A DNA stretch of 62,806 bases, filler included, from Rhabdomonas costata (taxonomy: Eukaryota): assembly GCA_019059605.1 (NCBI GenBank). It is 47 parts of 47 records of this genome, joined end to end, with 100 filler letters (N's around TTAATTAATTAA, not from the genome) between each part and the next. Parts side by side here need not be neighbours in the genome. Positions count along the whole stretch, not along the records: positions 34,814 to 36,051 come from JAHMHO010022389.1; positions 36,152 to 37,389 come from JAHMHO010022390.1; positions 37,490 to 38,727 come from JAHMHO010022391.1; positions 38,828 to 40,061 come from JAHMHO010022392.1; positions 40,162 to 41,399 come from JAHMHO010022393.1; positions 41,500 to 42,737 come from JAHMHO010022394.1; positions 42,838 to 44,075 come from JAHMHO010022395.1; positions 44,176 to 45,413 come from JAHMHO010022396.1; 39 more parts are not named here. One strand, 5' to 3'. The translations under genes were made by a program, and so were the position numbers. A model generated the notes under the pieces. It was not told the DNA's origin, did not search any database, and saw nothing but the letters and a program-made list of their open reading frames with translations. Shown piece after piece: positions 35,578 to 49,909 of the stretch (positions are counted from its first letter, which is position 1; the number at the start of each line of letters is the position of its first letter).

Positions 35578-38500
35578 GTGTGTATTTTTTCGCTGAAAAA
35601 GTAGTGTGTGACGCTTTCCACTTTCGGGTTCTCCATGGTAAAAAAAAAGAGGCAAACGAACAGTCGAAGAGAGGTCACCCAGCGACCGCCCAGACTGGGG
35701 GCGAGCGCAGAGAGTTGGAGCTCCCTAGAACCGTGGTTTAATGCGCCATTGCAGTTTCCCAAGAACCTCCGCCCAGCAGCAGAGGGGTGATTCACACACC
35801 CCGAGAAGCAGTCAGGCAGGGGTTATTGGAAAACTCGCTGGAGGCTCAGAAGATCTCCACCAAACCCCTGCCTTGTGCACATAGTGTGTGTGCGTGTGTG
35901 TGTGTGTGTGTGTGTGCTTGTGTCGGCTGCCGCATGTCACCGCCCTGACGCGTGTGCTTACTGAAGGCCGTCCTTCCGGGAGTGTGAACAAGGTGAAGGA
36001 TAGCAAGCGGGACAGAGCGCTGCCCGCCGCTTTCAGCCTGGCTGGTCAGCGNNNNNNNNNNNNNNNNNNNNNNNNNNNNNNNNNNNNNNNNNNNNTTAAT
36101 TAATTAANNNNNNNNNNNNNNNNNNNNNNNNNNNNNNNNNNNNNNNNNNNNTGTGGTGGTGGATATGGCCGTGGCTGGCCTGCTGGACGGAGCGGCCTTG
36201 GTTTGCAACGTGGTGAGGAATGCCCTTGGTTACCTCCGCCATCGCAACCAATACCCTTCCCCGCATCATAACTCAAACCGTCATCGCCACCATCGCCTTC
36301 TCCACCGATATTAGTGTTGGGTTCCCCAGCCATGGCGCGTTTTTGTTTTGGTTGGCCTGTGCGAAGCTTGCGTGGTGCTTTTGTAATGGCGGGCGGGTAC
36401 TTAGCGTTTGACGGCGCCCCATAATGCGTCAATTATTTTGAGAGGTCGCTGTGCAGCGGATGATTATCGTCCAAATGTGCTTGGCGTCTGGGTTTCATTT
36501 CCGAAATTTAGTGTGGGACATTTCGAACAGTCGTCTTTTTAGCCCATATTTATGCCGATGGTCCATCGCGGCATCCTGTGCCTTAGTGCCTTAGTTAAAA
36601 TCATTCAGTTTTCGATGTAGCCTGCCCATTTTGGTGCTCTTCTTAATGCGTCCAAGATATTTGGTGGCACTTGGATCTTGCTTCCAGTACCAATGAGGGG
36701 GCTGCTAAATATTGATCTCGCCTTTCAAGAGTGCTTCTAGCAGAGCGGCTGCTTTTCGTATTGTTATCGTGTCGTAATGTGGCGTGGGACCGCGTGGCCG
36801 TTGGCCCAATGGTTTCCGCAGTGTTTTTCCTTTCTCCGCACTTCATGCATCAATTCTTCTGTGGAAATGGTGTATGGTGTGCGGCTTTGCGTTTGTGTGG
36901 ACCTTCCGGTTCACTTTTTCGTTGGTGTCGATGTTGCTGTTACTGCCAGTGCCCGTTGACAGTGAATTTTCGGGAATGCCTCAGGAGTAGTTTGTGCACC
37001 TTGTGACAGGGGGAATCGGTAATCGGGGAATCGGTAATGGGGTGCTGCTAACATACCGTTGACGTCACCGCAGCACAAAAGGGAAACTGTCTGATCGGCG
37101 TATTTCTTTTAGTTGCATCTTTCCGTGATCAAATCCAACACGTTGCTATCTTGGGCCATTTTTCAGCTCTAGGATGAACGGAGAATGTGATGCTGTGCCA
37201 CAATACGGACCCCCACGAGGAAGCACAGACATGAGTAAGTGGCATAACTTCGGTAGACGGGCCATAGGGCAAAGCACGAAGTATACCAAGAGTCACGGGA
37301 AGTAGCCATCACGGATACAGCAGAGTAGTGCAGGTAAGTTGCGGGGGCTCTGCCCCCCCCCCCGACCACACCCAACACACAAACCCACCNNNNNNNNNNN
37401 NNNNNNNNNNNNNNNNNNNNNNNNNNNNNNNNNTTAATTAATTAANNNNNNNNNNNNNNNNNNNNNNNNNNNNNNNNNNNNNNNNNNNNGGGTCACGGAA
37501 AGAGGCCGGATACGAACGGAATGGCGCGAGACGAGGTGCCAGAAGGACGGTCCTTAGGCTCCGTGTGGGGGACTGAGCTGCCTGAGCAGCATCGTCATGG
37601 CTTCTTCCGTAGAGCGTCCAGTGTCGGGGGCATCCCGGGGCACGTCTCGGAATTTCTGCTCCTCGGAGCCATGCACAACGCGGCGAATATCTGAATTCAC
37701 GAGTAATAACATGCGCCCTTCGATTATCACGGGAAAAGACGGAAGGAAAGGCGGCTGAAAGAAAGCCTTTGCTGCACGAATCGCCTTGGATACAATCAAT
37801 TCTGATTATAATATTATTATAAAATTATAAAATTATAAAATCACGTGCTCCATTGGAGCTGCCTTTTGGCAGAAGGTTTGCTTAGTTTTCCTTTCTTGGC
37901 GAACTCCATCCGGCGCCATTCAGCGCCATCTGGGCACCTCCGATCACCTACCACCCCGCAGCCGCCCTCATGGGTTGGCCCCAAAGGGTTCTCTCCCTCT
38001 GAGCATTCATACGTCCTGAAGTAAAGCGCAGATACCACTTCACTGCGCCCCTGTACCTCATTGCCCGCGCACGCCAGCGACAGAGGGGAAACCAAACTCC
38101 GTGGGAACGGAGCAGAAACTGGTTCCGGACTGTTCCGCGATCGAGAATTCCCTCATTACTCTTCATTACGAGACCTTTACGCGCAAACCTAATTCCCGAT
38201 GAGTTCACCACTTCATTGTTTTCATCGTTCATATCGTTCATATCGTTCATATCGCCATAAACCACTTTGGATGAATCCTCGCCATGTGAAGAGTCTCGAC
38301 AGTGTGTGCGTGCGTGCGTGTGGAGGCATTCAAAGTATTTTGGGATAGACAAAAACACAGAAACACAGAAACACAGAAACACAGAAAAAACAAAAACACA
38401 GAAAGAATGCCACAGAACGGTACCCGAGCTGGGCGCCTCCACCGGCTGTACTGGGGTGGAATCGTGGTGAGCGACCGCCTGAACGCGCTCGCGTTGACGG

Positions 38501-41249
38501 CGCGCGGCATGGTCCAGCTGCAGGGCCAGCAGCATCTCCTCCGGGCTTGCCGTGGTGGGCAAGGGGCCTGCCTCATCATCCTGCGCAAAAATTCGGGAGA
38601 ACCTTCCTCGGACAACGCTAGGTTCGGGCAGCACCCCCATTAGTCGGCAATGGACCACAACGTACACACCGCATACACATTCGCTGCAGAAAAAACGCTC
38701 CCCCTCGCAATAGTAAAACAAACAAAANNNNNNNNNNNNNNNNNNNNNNNNNNNNNNNNNNNNNNNNNNNNTTAATTAATTAANNNNNNNNNNNNNNNNN
38801 NNNNNNNNNNNNNNNNNNNNNNNNNNNACAGCTGTTCTGGGGGGACTCCTTCGTGGGCACCTGGCCCCAGGTCCGGGAGTGGCACCGCAGCAGCGATCTC
38901 ACCTCACTGCTGGCCAGGCTGGGTGTGTGAGGCCAGGCCGGCTCGCTGCTTTCCTCTCTCTCTCTCTCTGCTCCCCCAGCATCCTCCGCACCCTTCACGT
39001 GGGCAAAAAGGGTGAAACCGTGGGCGCATCCTGCCCCCAACTGCGAGCTGGGAAGTGCACCACGACAGATGAGTTCAGTCCCGAACGTTCTTTTTCCAAA
39101 AGCCACCTCGGTGTGTACGGCTCGCTTCAAAAAAGGCAACCCGGACTCGGGACGAACGAAAGCACCCGGAATATGTCGTGCCTTCGGCCCGCAAGGCATC
39201 CAAGCCCTCCTTTTCTCACTGTTTTCTGGGCCCGATTGCACAAGATATGTGCCCAGAAAACGGCACAGGGGCACAGGGTAAAAAGATATCCAGTGGAGAA
39301 CTCCGCATACACTTCTCTGCGTTTCCGGACGTAACTTACCTTCTCGGTGTGCAGTGTTCTTCCCTCGACCCTACCTTTCCCTTCTGATTTGTCCAACGTC
39401 ATTGACTTTCGTCCTTTGGTTTCAGACGGAAGTATCATTGCCAATTGAAACTCGGGGATGATCTCATTGTCGTCCATCTAAATGTTTTGAATTTTTGCAC
39501 TGTTCTCCGCTGAATGTGGGTAATAACTTATCTGGGCTTGCGATTTTCGCCTTCGCTTGGATATCCTCTTGTCCTGCACCTTTGCCTATTTCAGTGAAAT
39601 GCACTCAAATCCCGGCTTTGTCACAGGAATGCCAGAGAAGCCTTCCAGCTCCCTCAACTTTGGGGACATCTCCATCGACTCTTCTGTGGCGTATGCACCC
39701 CCCACCTCCAGCCAACTTGTGCACACACCAGATAATTGCGAAGCTGCTTTTGGTGATTAGTGAGATTGGTTCAGGGTGATCAGTGGATCGCTGGTGTCGA
39801 ATCGGGATCGGATGAGGTCGATAAAGCCAGCACCAAGGATTCAATTGTTCCAGCGGCACGAATATTCCGTTGAGCCTCTTATGTATAAGATGCATAGCAT
39901 ACCATATTCCGAGCATTGCAATTCTACTGTCCGTTTTAGAGGCCAATCTCATTTCAAAGCCAAGCTGTTGGCCGTCGTTCCTTCTTTAGTTGTTTTGGAT
40001 AATACCTACCATAATACGGCCACAGAGATGCATCATCAAACTGCACCAGGTAGTGTCCACCNNNNNNNNNNNNNNNNNNNNNNNNNNNNNNNNNNNNNNN
40101 NNNNNTTAATTAATTAANNNNNNNNNNNNNNNNNNNNNNNNNNNNNNNNNNNNNNNNNNNNTTTCTTCTCATCTTTGTCGGTGTTCACCTCGCTGTATCA
40201 GTCAAAGGAGTTTGTTGGAATGAAAATGAACATTTCATGGATAAGGCGTGTTTGTTTAGCTGGCTAGGCATAATATAACGCTGTTTTCCTTTTATGAATT
40301 ACGTATTGGCCTATTTTAGGCCGTACGTGCTTCCGCTTGTCCTCGCTGGTGTTGGCGTCGATCTGTAAAACAGGATTCATGCTTTTTGCAAGATCAACGC
40401 AATTTTCCAATGAAATAGAAGGCCACCTTTCGGTGTCAAAAACCTGTGCTAAACAAAACAAAAAGTGGCAAAGAAGGGCGCCAAACCAAAAGCAAAGGCA
40501 GGGAAAGGATACAGAAGCTAAAAAGCACGGAGGGCACGGGTTTGTGACATCTGTATTGTCATCATGGATGGTTCTCCAAATGGGTTCTTGTCACTGCAAT
40601 GAGGATCCGCTGGTACGCCCCAAATCTTCGAACGGAAAATGGCTTTTGAGTGGGCCATTTTTGGCGGGTGTGTAGTGGTGTTTCTGAAGCCGTTGCGGGA
40701 TCAAGGGTATATCCGTCAAAGGACCACGACATGGGTAATGTGACGGATTAGGACCTCAGCGGGTGAACGGCACACCGCCTCAGAGGATTTGTGGAATGGG
40801 TAACCCGAAGAAGTTTGTGGCAAAATAATAACGTGCCATGTGGTGAAAATTGGCAATTCGAAAGAGATCTAAAAGAAAAATAGAAAACTACGGGGCCGCA
40901 CTAAAAACAATGAAACCAAGGAACTGTATAACGTTGCCGTGGTTGAATGCGGTTTAACCGTGAAATTAGCCGGATGAACCGATGTTGTCTTAACCTCTAG
41001 AAAAATATACCGATAATGATTGGTGATGAAGAACACACCAGAGTTCAGCTTGGAACGCCATTGGGAACGCAATTCTGGTGGTCGAATCCGTGTCCGTAAT
41101 AATCAGTGATCCAACTGGGACACGTTTAAACAATAAACAAGTAAATAGTGATTCGATCAGTGTAACATGACCTACCGCAGGGTAGGTCTGTGCTGACCAA
41201 GTTGTTAAGGGACATCGCCGATAAGTTGATGGAGATTCGGTAATAGTGA

Positions 41250-41392
41250 GGTATGTGCCCAGTTTTCAGGTGTGATATTTTGAGCTCCGGTCATCGGTAG
41301 TGTGAGGGTTCATCACGAGCCCCGCGAGATGAACCCTCACACTACCGATGACCGGAGCTCAAAATATCACACCTGAAAACTGGGCACATACC
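41250..41392. repeat. 65-bp perfect inverted repeat (41250-41314 / 41328-41392) at the contig end; probable amplification fold-back
   Basis: Exact reverse-complement arms, 13-nt loop, ends 7 nt from the contig end. Confidence 0.9.
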
Positions 41393-44300
41393 ACACACCN
41401 NNNNNNNNNNNNNNNNNNNNNNNNNNNNNNNNNNNNNNNNNNNTTAATTAATTAANNNNNNNNNNNNNNNNNNNNNNNNNNNNNNNNNNNNNNNNNNNNG
41501 GTGTTTGTTTAAGATTGTTTTTGGCTGACCTGCTTAGTCGCCCACTCCTTTGCCGCGGAAAGACTTTCCTACGAAGGCCATAGGGAAGTGACTGGTGCTG
41601 GTGGTTCAGCGCGCGTCGGCACCTGCGGCTTCGGTGCAATTATTTTCCTCCATTTTTGGACTTCTCCCTGCCGCCTGTCTCCATGTGTGATCAACTGATT
41701 TGCTCTGTAAATGGATGGCTTCTGTTGTGTTTCCCATGACCAAACCTTGTTTTTTTAGGCGGTGATTGGTTTCGAGATTCTTTGGCTGCTCGCCGCTAGC
41801 GCAGTCTTCTGCGAAAAACTCTGGCTCCACAAAAGATGAGAAAAGTATGAAAGCCTGGAGGCCATCTGTGGACAAGAAGGCTCAATTACAGTAGCCACCC
41901 CCAAAAAAAACGTCGAGGTAGATGCAGATATTTTCACAACTTAGTGTTACTGAATGCCAGCGTCAGCTGATTGTTTTTTCTTTTCGTTCTTTTGCCATTT
42001 TCACGGCCAACAAGCGAGTGCAACCCCTTGCTGCTCCTTTCCTCCTTCACATGCTTTCGGGCCATTCTGGTCAGATACATAGCAAGTACTATGGTAGGAA
42101 GTTCGATCCCCTTGGCGATGAAGTGGTGGTGGTGTCGTGCCCCTTCCAGCGAACCGCGTTTTCTCAGCATTTTTGCGTGCTGTGCCATTCATTGCTCCTG
42201 GCTTGTGGCCGGCTGGCTTTTGTCCGTTTTTGCATTGCCCTCCTACAGAGCATCCTTCTGGACATTGGCCCTGCGCCTTCATGATCGGGCCAATCGTATA
42301 CCCCCGCTTGCTGCGCCCGCGTCATGGTCCCTATCGGGTGGTCCCCCAAAATCCTTGGCTGTCGAAACCCTGGATGATGGTACTACTTTGCTCATTTGTG
42401 CAAGGAGTGGGAGGGAGAGAGGGGGAGAGAGAGAGAACATTGCTGGGGAGAAAAAACTTGAATATTCAGATAAGCACAATCTAATTTGAAACCCCCTTTT
42501 TGCTACACCAAAATCCCCATCCCCCACAAATACCGAATTTGACCCCAAAACTTAGGCCATTCAATGGTTACAAATATTTCCCATTCTTTTCGTGCTCCTG
42601 TTTTCGGTTTTTATGCACCATCTCCACTCTCTCAATTTCCCGTCTCTTTCGGATTCCGAAGTGGAACCTGTTACAGACCCCGCTCCGCACGGGAATCGGC
42701 GGGGGCTGCTCCGCACGGCCCCCTGCCCATTCCGCATNNNNNNNNNNNNNNNNNNNNNNNNNNNNNNNNNNNNNNNNNNNNTTAATTAATTAANNNNNNN
42801 NNNNNNNNNNNNNNNNNNNNNNNNNNNNNNNNNNNNNTGCCTTGGTTTGGAAACAAGCAACTAGTAGGGTGTCCGTGTGATGAGGAAGTGACTGACCGCA
42901 GTAATTGCCGCCCGTGTGCTGTCATTGTAGTCATTGTATTTTCTTTCGACACCGCTCTTTGACCTGTGCGACGGCAGTGGTGCACCAGCGTCAGCGGGCG
43001 CGGGATGAAGCCAGTTCCCCTCCTCTGAAAGTGCGCCGGACAGCGCGGAAGTCCCCCGATCTCAGGAGTGGCGGAACTGCGAGCTTGTTGGAGCCTGGTG
43101 CCGCTGGTGCTGGTAGTTCCTGGACACAGACTAGCGATCCGGGCCCCCGCTCGAAAAGCATAGAACCCCCCGAAGCTGCAGAAATGCAACCAGGAGATGT
43201 TTTGAAAGTTGCTGATATCGATGCTGCTGAGTCCTGAGCCTAGATGGTGCCGAGGTGAGGGGAATGTGAAACCAGCCGTGGACAAGAAGCCCTAAGTGAA
43301 CTTTCATAAGGAGCGTTTGCCGAGCTGCGGCACTGGCCGGCATTCTGAAATATGCAGCGGAAAGCATGTGGGGCTCTGAGGATTTTACATTTCTATGTTG
43401 CAACTGGGAAAGGTGTGTCCTATTGAGGTTTTCAAAAGTGGAATGCTGAACGACAAAGCATAAATGCCTCTGTCAGCTGCCTTGGCTCTCGGATGGGGTA
43501 GGGGAAAGCTGGCTTGCTGAGAATTTTCGCACAAGTTTTTGGACCTTTTCAAGGTACAAATAACTTTTTTCAAGGATTTGTTGCTTGCGGGAGGTGGGTC
43601 GATGTACCTATCTAAGAGTGCCCCAAACTCACCTCCTTTCAAATGAAACCGCAGGACCGTCTTTGTGCCCACAACTGGGTAAGCCCCAACCTGATGCGAC
43701 CCGACGCATGCCTTTCTCTTTCTGACCCAACCCAAGTAATTACATTTCCCTTCCACAGCTTGTGGGCAATGATCCCAGTTGATTGGTGGAACAATGATGT
43801 GCCCATGAATCCACACAACAACCAGGGTCCCCGCCTCAGTCGAATGCCCAACCCGACCCAACCGGTCCAATCTATCCACCAAAACCCGGCAAGAAAATGG
43901 TTTCAGTCAACAACCTTTTTCTCTTGGGGGGGGGGGCATCGGCTTAATGAAATTCCTGCATCTCTCTCCGTTTTTTTCACAGCAGCTCCCGGTTTCTTTC
44001 TACAATCAGGAATTGTACGGCAAACACTTAAGTGAGGTTTTGAAAGTACGCACAGCTGAGTGGCGACAACAACACNNNNNNNNNNNNNNNNNNNNNNNNN
44101 NNNNNNNNNNNNNNNNNNNTTAATTAATTAANNNNNNNNNNNNNNNNNNNNNNNNNNNNNNNNNNNNNNNNNNNNGGGGGGGTTTGTTTCCTACGAGCAC
44201 GGACGCACGGATGCACGGACGCAGCTTTCTCTTGGACTGTTTGCAGCATTTCGTTCACAATACGCACCGATGACTTTTGGTGCATGTTACGGAGCCTTGC

Positions 44301-44480
44301 GGCTCCTGCTGATTGGATTGGTTATTGATGTCCTCTACCACTGCACGGTTGGGAGGGTTCCTGCACGCCGCAATATCGACCGTTGTTCCCCATCCCGGGA
44401 ACGTTGGCAGCTGCTTCTCCCTCTTTCGTCCGATCTCTATTTCAGTTCGTTGTACCAGTACCTTCTCTGCTTTCGTGATA

Positions 44481-45164
44481 ATGGCATCCAGCGACATCCT
44501 GGACCGGGACCTGTGCACGCTGAAGGATATGTTCCCGACGCTCTCTAGGTCCTCACTATGCAATGCCTACCTCAAGTTTGAAGGAAGACTAGAAGACACG
44601 GCGCAGTTCCTGCTGGTATCTTGGGTTGAGTCCTTATGGTGATCACTGGCCAGAGTTAGCTGGTTTTTGGTTGCAATGGGAAGGTAGGATGCCACCCCAG
44701 CGGGTTCACCAGGACCGCACACATCTGGTTTGTATAAGTTTGGCAAACCCTCCTTGGAATGCGGCTGCGAGAGTGGCACGTGTTCGTGGTATGTTACGTT
44801 TTGTAGGATGCGGCAGAATCCGCTGCGTCGTGCGTGGAACTTCTGGACGACAGCGACGCTCCTTCTCCCCCGCCATCGAAGAAGCCGAAGAGAGTCCTCC
44901 CTGAGTCGCCCCCGCCAGTCCTCCACCAGCCCAAGATCGAGCAGCACTTCAGCCCGCGCTCCCAAATTGCCTCTAATGCGAGCTCCAGATCATCCTCCTC
45001 CTCCTCTTCGTCTTCGTCTTCTAGTTCGGCAGGCTCCTCTTCAAGTTCGTCCGCAAGGAGAAATCTACTCTCTCCTCCACCGCCATCGCAGGCTGAAAGG
45101 CCCCTGCTGGATCCTTCGGGGCCCGTTGTCATCTCCGCAGCATTGGCGTCTGGATCCTCATCTG
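44481..45164 (+). CDS. N-terminal CUE-domain protein with a Ser/Pro-rich linker (exons 44481-44615, 44807-45164)
   Basis: MASSDILDRDLCTLKDMFPTLSRSSLCNAYLKFEGRLEDTAQFLL has the CUE MFP...G..E....LL pattern; followed by an NLS-like KKPKR and poly-Ser. Confidence 0.75.
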
Positions 45165-46083
45165 GTAGGGCTGGTGTTTTGGTTTTCATTGGTACATCAC
45201 TCTTTTGCTAATTGACGTGGTCCCACACTGGGATCGTGCCTGTGGCACAGTGCCAGACTTTTCGCTTCGGGTTTAGTGTCATTTGGTCATTTCGGGCCGG
45301 AACAAAGCCTTGTTGGAGCAATTTTCAGCATGCCCCTTCGCTGGTGCGTCCGCCAATGACGCTGAAGTGACGGATTGGTGGGAATGAACCACACAACCAA
45401 CCACACCCAACACNNNNNNNNNNNNNNNNNNNNNNNNNNNNNNNNNNNNNNNNNNNNTTAATTAATTAANNNNNNNNNNNNNNNNNNNNNNNNNNNNNNN
45501 NNNNNNNNNNNNNGGTGTGGGGGGTGTGTCGTATGAGAAGGGAGAAATGGGGCGGACTATCACACGCAGTTCCGGATCAAAAACAAAGTGAACATCCTAT
45601 TCTATTCCCAAAATGCTTATATTTAGAGGCCATAAGCACACAGTGGATTGGGCAATAAAAAAACGGCTGTTTCCGACCCAACTGCGGTGAACGCACAAAC
45701 GCATTTCACACTTTCTCACTTAACACTAATTGGAGCAATTATGTGGCCACCCTCCCTCCCCAAAATTGCGAACGGGAAATGAGGTAACGCCTACTCTGCC
45801 GCTACTGTGGCAACAGTGATGAGTGGTCTTAGCACACTACCTTTTGTGGTAGGAAGGAAACGGATGTTACCCAAGGAAACCGTTTTCTGTCACTACCAAT
45901 ATGATTCAGCGGATCTATAAAAAAAAACAAGAGGACCCTCACTCCTTGATTCTTTTATTTTCTCCGGATCTCAGGCGCCCCAAGAATTTCACAGATATTC
46001 AAACATCACAAAAATTTGGTATAACATGACCGAGTGACCCCTGCAAAGAATGAAAAGGAGCTCCGATGGGTCGCGCGAAGTAC

Positions 46084-46751
46084 CATGCTGTGTGGGGACG
46101 AGAGCGGGAAGAAGTTGTGTGTGGGATCCCGCAGCCAGACCGCATCCAGGTCGGTCTGCACGAAGGGTTGCCCCAGCTCCGCCAGGGTGGCCCACATCAC
46201 AGAACGCACGTTGAGCAGCGCAGAGCGGGCGCCCACCACACACCCAAAGCTGGGCACCCCCCGAGCCTGCAGCCGCCGATGCGTCTCCGCGTCCATCGAG
46301 AACACAAGCAAGTGGCGCACTCCTGGGAAAGGAGGCCTTCCAAAGTTCCAAGCGCAAAGTGGAAACACAATTTCCGAATGTCATGCATGGTTCGCATAGC
46401 TAGCTGCACCAAAGTTTATGAAAAAAAAAACGCCCAAAAAATTGGAAATAACAGAAACGGAAACCAAAAACTCTAATATTAAACAACTAAATTAACGCCT
46501 CCCAACCCGGAGCAGTGACATGCTTTACTGCCGCCACTCATCGTGACCAATTCGAAGCAGGCAGCTACCGGTCCGAAACACGCTGACCAGCCAGTTCAGC
46601 AGGAGCTCGTAGAACCTCAAGTTGGCAAAGGCCACCACTAGGGGGGCCGAGACCCCTGTGGCGAGAAGGCTGCCCCTCCGCAGCTCCTGCAGCCGATCGC
46701 TCAGCGCGGCCCGGTCCACGGCTAGGGTGAGGGTGCGGTGGGAGCGGGAGA
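46084..46751 (-). CDS. Nucleotide-diphospho-sugar transferase (GT77-like), exons 46751-46569 and 46322-46084
   Basis: VVAFANLRFYELLLNWL...G|VRHLLVFSMDAETHRRLQARG...LAELGQPFVQTDLDAVWLRDP; DxD + W.RDP motif. Confidence 0.85.
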
Positions 46752-47265
46752 NNNNNNNNNNNNNNNNNNNNNNNNNNNNNNNNNNNNNNNNNNNNTTAAT
46801 TAATTAANNNNNNNNNNNNNNNNNNNNNNNNNNNNNNNNNNNNNNNNNNNNTTTTGGTGTGGGGCATCAGAATGCCACGCTCCAGACGGAGAACCAGCGG
46901 CAGCGAACGCAGCTCTGCCAGCTTCAGTATGCCTGCGTGGGATGATCTCCCAAGCAGAGCTGCGAATAGGGTGGAGGGAGTCGTTGTACCCACACCTCGC
47001 TAACCACTCCAGATGCAGGCATCAGTCCTTGGTGTTCAAGTGGGCGAACGGGTTGATATTTGGCCCAATAGGTATCAATACCTCGCCATACCAACTGGTC
47101 TTGTCATCTTCGTGTTTCTTCTTCTCCTCCAAGCCCCCAAGAGAGCTGTACTGAAATTTCTCTGCTCTGCCCGCAACCTGCAGCGTGGGCATCCTGAAGC
47201 GTGTGCTGATCTACCACAGAGGAAAGTTGTATGCCAAACGCTGTTCCCCGTCCAAAACAATGCAG

Positions 47266-47780
47266 GCGACTCCACGAAGAGAAAGTTGCGGAGCTCATCC
47301 GCGGAAAGGACGATCTCGCTGCTGCAGTGCATCAAGGGAAGAGTCAGCTGGAGCAGGTCCGTTCCCGCCACCTCTGTGAGTGGTGGCGGAACTCTCGGAA
47401 GGTTTCGATGGAATGGTCTTTGAGGCCCAGGAGACTCACTGAGACAGCTAACGTCCTGCCTCTATTCGAGCAACGCACTCACTTGCGCATCAAAGAGCTC
47501 GAGCACGCTCCCGAATATTGGCATTACATATCACAGCGCAGGCGCTCATCCGTGCTTGCAACTGCAGCCTAAGCTGTGTCCCTGTTTCCATGCTTGGCTG
47601 CTCCATTCCCTGTCTCCTAACTTCGCGGTTCCCCTCCCCCTTCTCCGCCCTCAGGCTCAGAACGAGGCCCAAATTGTGCAGTCCCGGTGCGCGGAGCTGG
47701 CGAAACAGCTGCGAGAGAAGGAGATGGAGGTTGCTCGTCTCACTGGGGCCGCGGCGAAGGCCAGCGAGGAGGCTATGAAG
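47266..47780 (+). CDS. Coiled-coil protein exons (47266-47356, 47655-~47780)
   Basis: Heptad-like E/K/Q/A-rich frames joined by a phase-0 GT-AG intron. Confidence 0.55.
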
Positions 47781-48640
47781 GCCTCGGACCTTCTGAAGAA
47801 GTCTCTGTGTGCATTTGCTTGTGATGTGTGCCGTCTTGTCTGTGATGCCCTGTACTTCTGGGCCGAAAAGGGTTGCGGTACTGTGTGCACTTGAAATGGG
47901 AAGACTGGGCCACGCCTCCTGTGATTGCAGATATTTTTAGGTGTCTCTAGCTTTTTGCTTTCATTCCCCGTCCCGGTAAACCCGGTGATAGGAAACATCA
48001 CCCCGCCACCACAACCACCACCGACTAAACATGCTATAAAAAATAGCCTCCTCCCTTTCCGATCCTCCTTTGTGGTCAGCACACACAACNNNNNNNNNNN
48101 NNNNNNNNNNNNNNNNNNNNNNNNNNNNNNNNNTTAATTAATTAANNNNNNNNNNNNNNNNNNNNNNNNNNNNNNNNNNNNNNNNNNNNGGTGGGTTGGT
48201 GGCCAGCGCCGTGTATGAGCCTATCACAAGCACAACGCACAGGCTTAAAGGAGTCATTAAAAAGTCGATCTTCAGTAGCCGCTGACCCCACGGCTTGCCC
48301 CACACCCCAAAGGCAACGATCGGTCAGCAAGCGGGTCTCCTGCGAGTGAATATCACAAAACAAGCAAAGAAACGAGAAAAAGAGAGTGAACAAAACCCTG
48401 GAATCTCGCCATCAGATTATTAATAAAGATAACGCCTTGGGTTACAGAGGTCCATTTCTTGTTCAACGGAAACGGAGAAGATTTTCGAGTGGGTCACCGA
48501 ATTGTCAGAGGACCTTGAGAGACCTTGAAGGCCAAGGTCGAACTGAGGTTTGGTCCAGCTTTATTCTATTTGGATGCGGAGCGATGAGAGCTGCAGTTCC
48601 TGACTGATACAGGTTCCGTCAAGGCACCAAAATCACACAC

Positions 48641-48941
48641 CATGGAGCTTGGCGTAGGCCTTCTCCACCAAGGTGGGCCATGCCTCACTGCCATGCGAGG
48701 AGCGCAGGCACCCGTACTCCCCGCGGGGCCCATTGTATGGCACAAAGTCGTCCACCAGGACCCAGTACGAGGCCCCGTCCAGGAACAGCCGGATGGCGTA
48801 CGCCCCAAAGGCGGAGCTATACTCAAACGGGGAGAAGGTCTCCTCCAGGTGGGACCCCTCGGGAAGGCTCAGTGCCACTGGCAGCCACGCCGGGCTGAAG
48901 TGCCCGGGGCGAATCTCCGTCCCCTCAGTCCCACAGTACAC
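48641..48941 (-). CDS. Calpain-like (CysPc) domain exon, catalytic Cys absent
   Basis: GAYAIRLFLDG..YWVLVDDFVP...SEAWPTLVEKAYAKLHG (calpain signature); the QG.LGDCW motif is replaced by PGHFSPAW. Confidence 0.9.
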
Positions 48942-49909
48942 CTGAGGCATATGAAGAATGACGAAGAATCTCGGCAAATGCGGCACTTGACATATGCTTT
49001 GGCAGAACAGGTGCTGCAAGTTGTGGGTGCTTTCGTAAACCCTTTGCAGCGTGGGGCAAGATGCGGAGCAAAAGGGATATGAGTGCCGCCCAGGAGAACC
49101 ACAAGGGTAAAGGTCAGAAAAAAGGACCCGCTACGCAGCGTTTACGGGAGGCTTGCTGTATATATGAAGAACCCTGGCCTGCTTCGAGTTAGCCTTCTTC
49201 CTGTCTTCACTTTGGTTTATCTGTTCAAAAGAAGAAAATTCCAACAGTAGAGGTGGGTGCATCATTTCCGAACTTCCGGATCTTGAGCATGAACATTGTG
49301 AGCCGCTCTGACTGAAAAGTACACCCCACAGGAGCGCCTGAAACTCCGATTTCTCTCTTCAAATTTTCGATACTCTCTTCTGAAGATGGTGAAATGGCTA
49401 AAGGACATAATTTGAGCTGGAGAGTGCNNNNNNNNNNNNNNNNNNNNNNNNNNNNNNNNNNNNNNNNNNNNTTAATTAATTAANNNNNNNNNNNNNNNNN
49501 NNNNNNNNNNNNNNNNNNNNNNNNNNNGGTTGGGTTGCTCTGGTAGAGGGGTTAAGCATGCCGCGTTTGCGCCCCCTCCTTGGAAGTTTGGTCCGTGCCA
49601 CCTCAAAAGAGGAGTTCTTTGAGTTGTGCCCTCAGTAGGTGTTTTTACCACAGGTAATATTTCCAGCAAAAGTGTATTGCGGAATTTTTGGCATGCTTGC
49701 ATTTAAGCAAACTGTTGGTTAAACTTGATGAGTGGTCTGGAGAATTTCAGACATCGTCACTAGGTCGCTAATGGTTCTCGTGTGAGGATTCGTGGTCACT
49801 GGCATGACCATGACCTGTGGTAAACGTTTATGCCCTTTCCTACAGTCGCTTCGGCGGCTGCGCGTTTTCACCCGTAAGTCATCGTGAGTCACACAAAAAA
49901 AACACTCAG

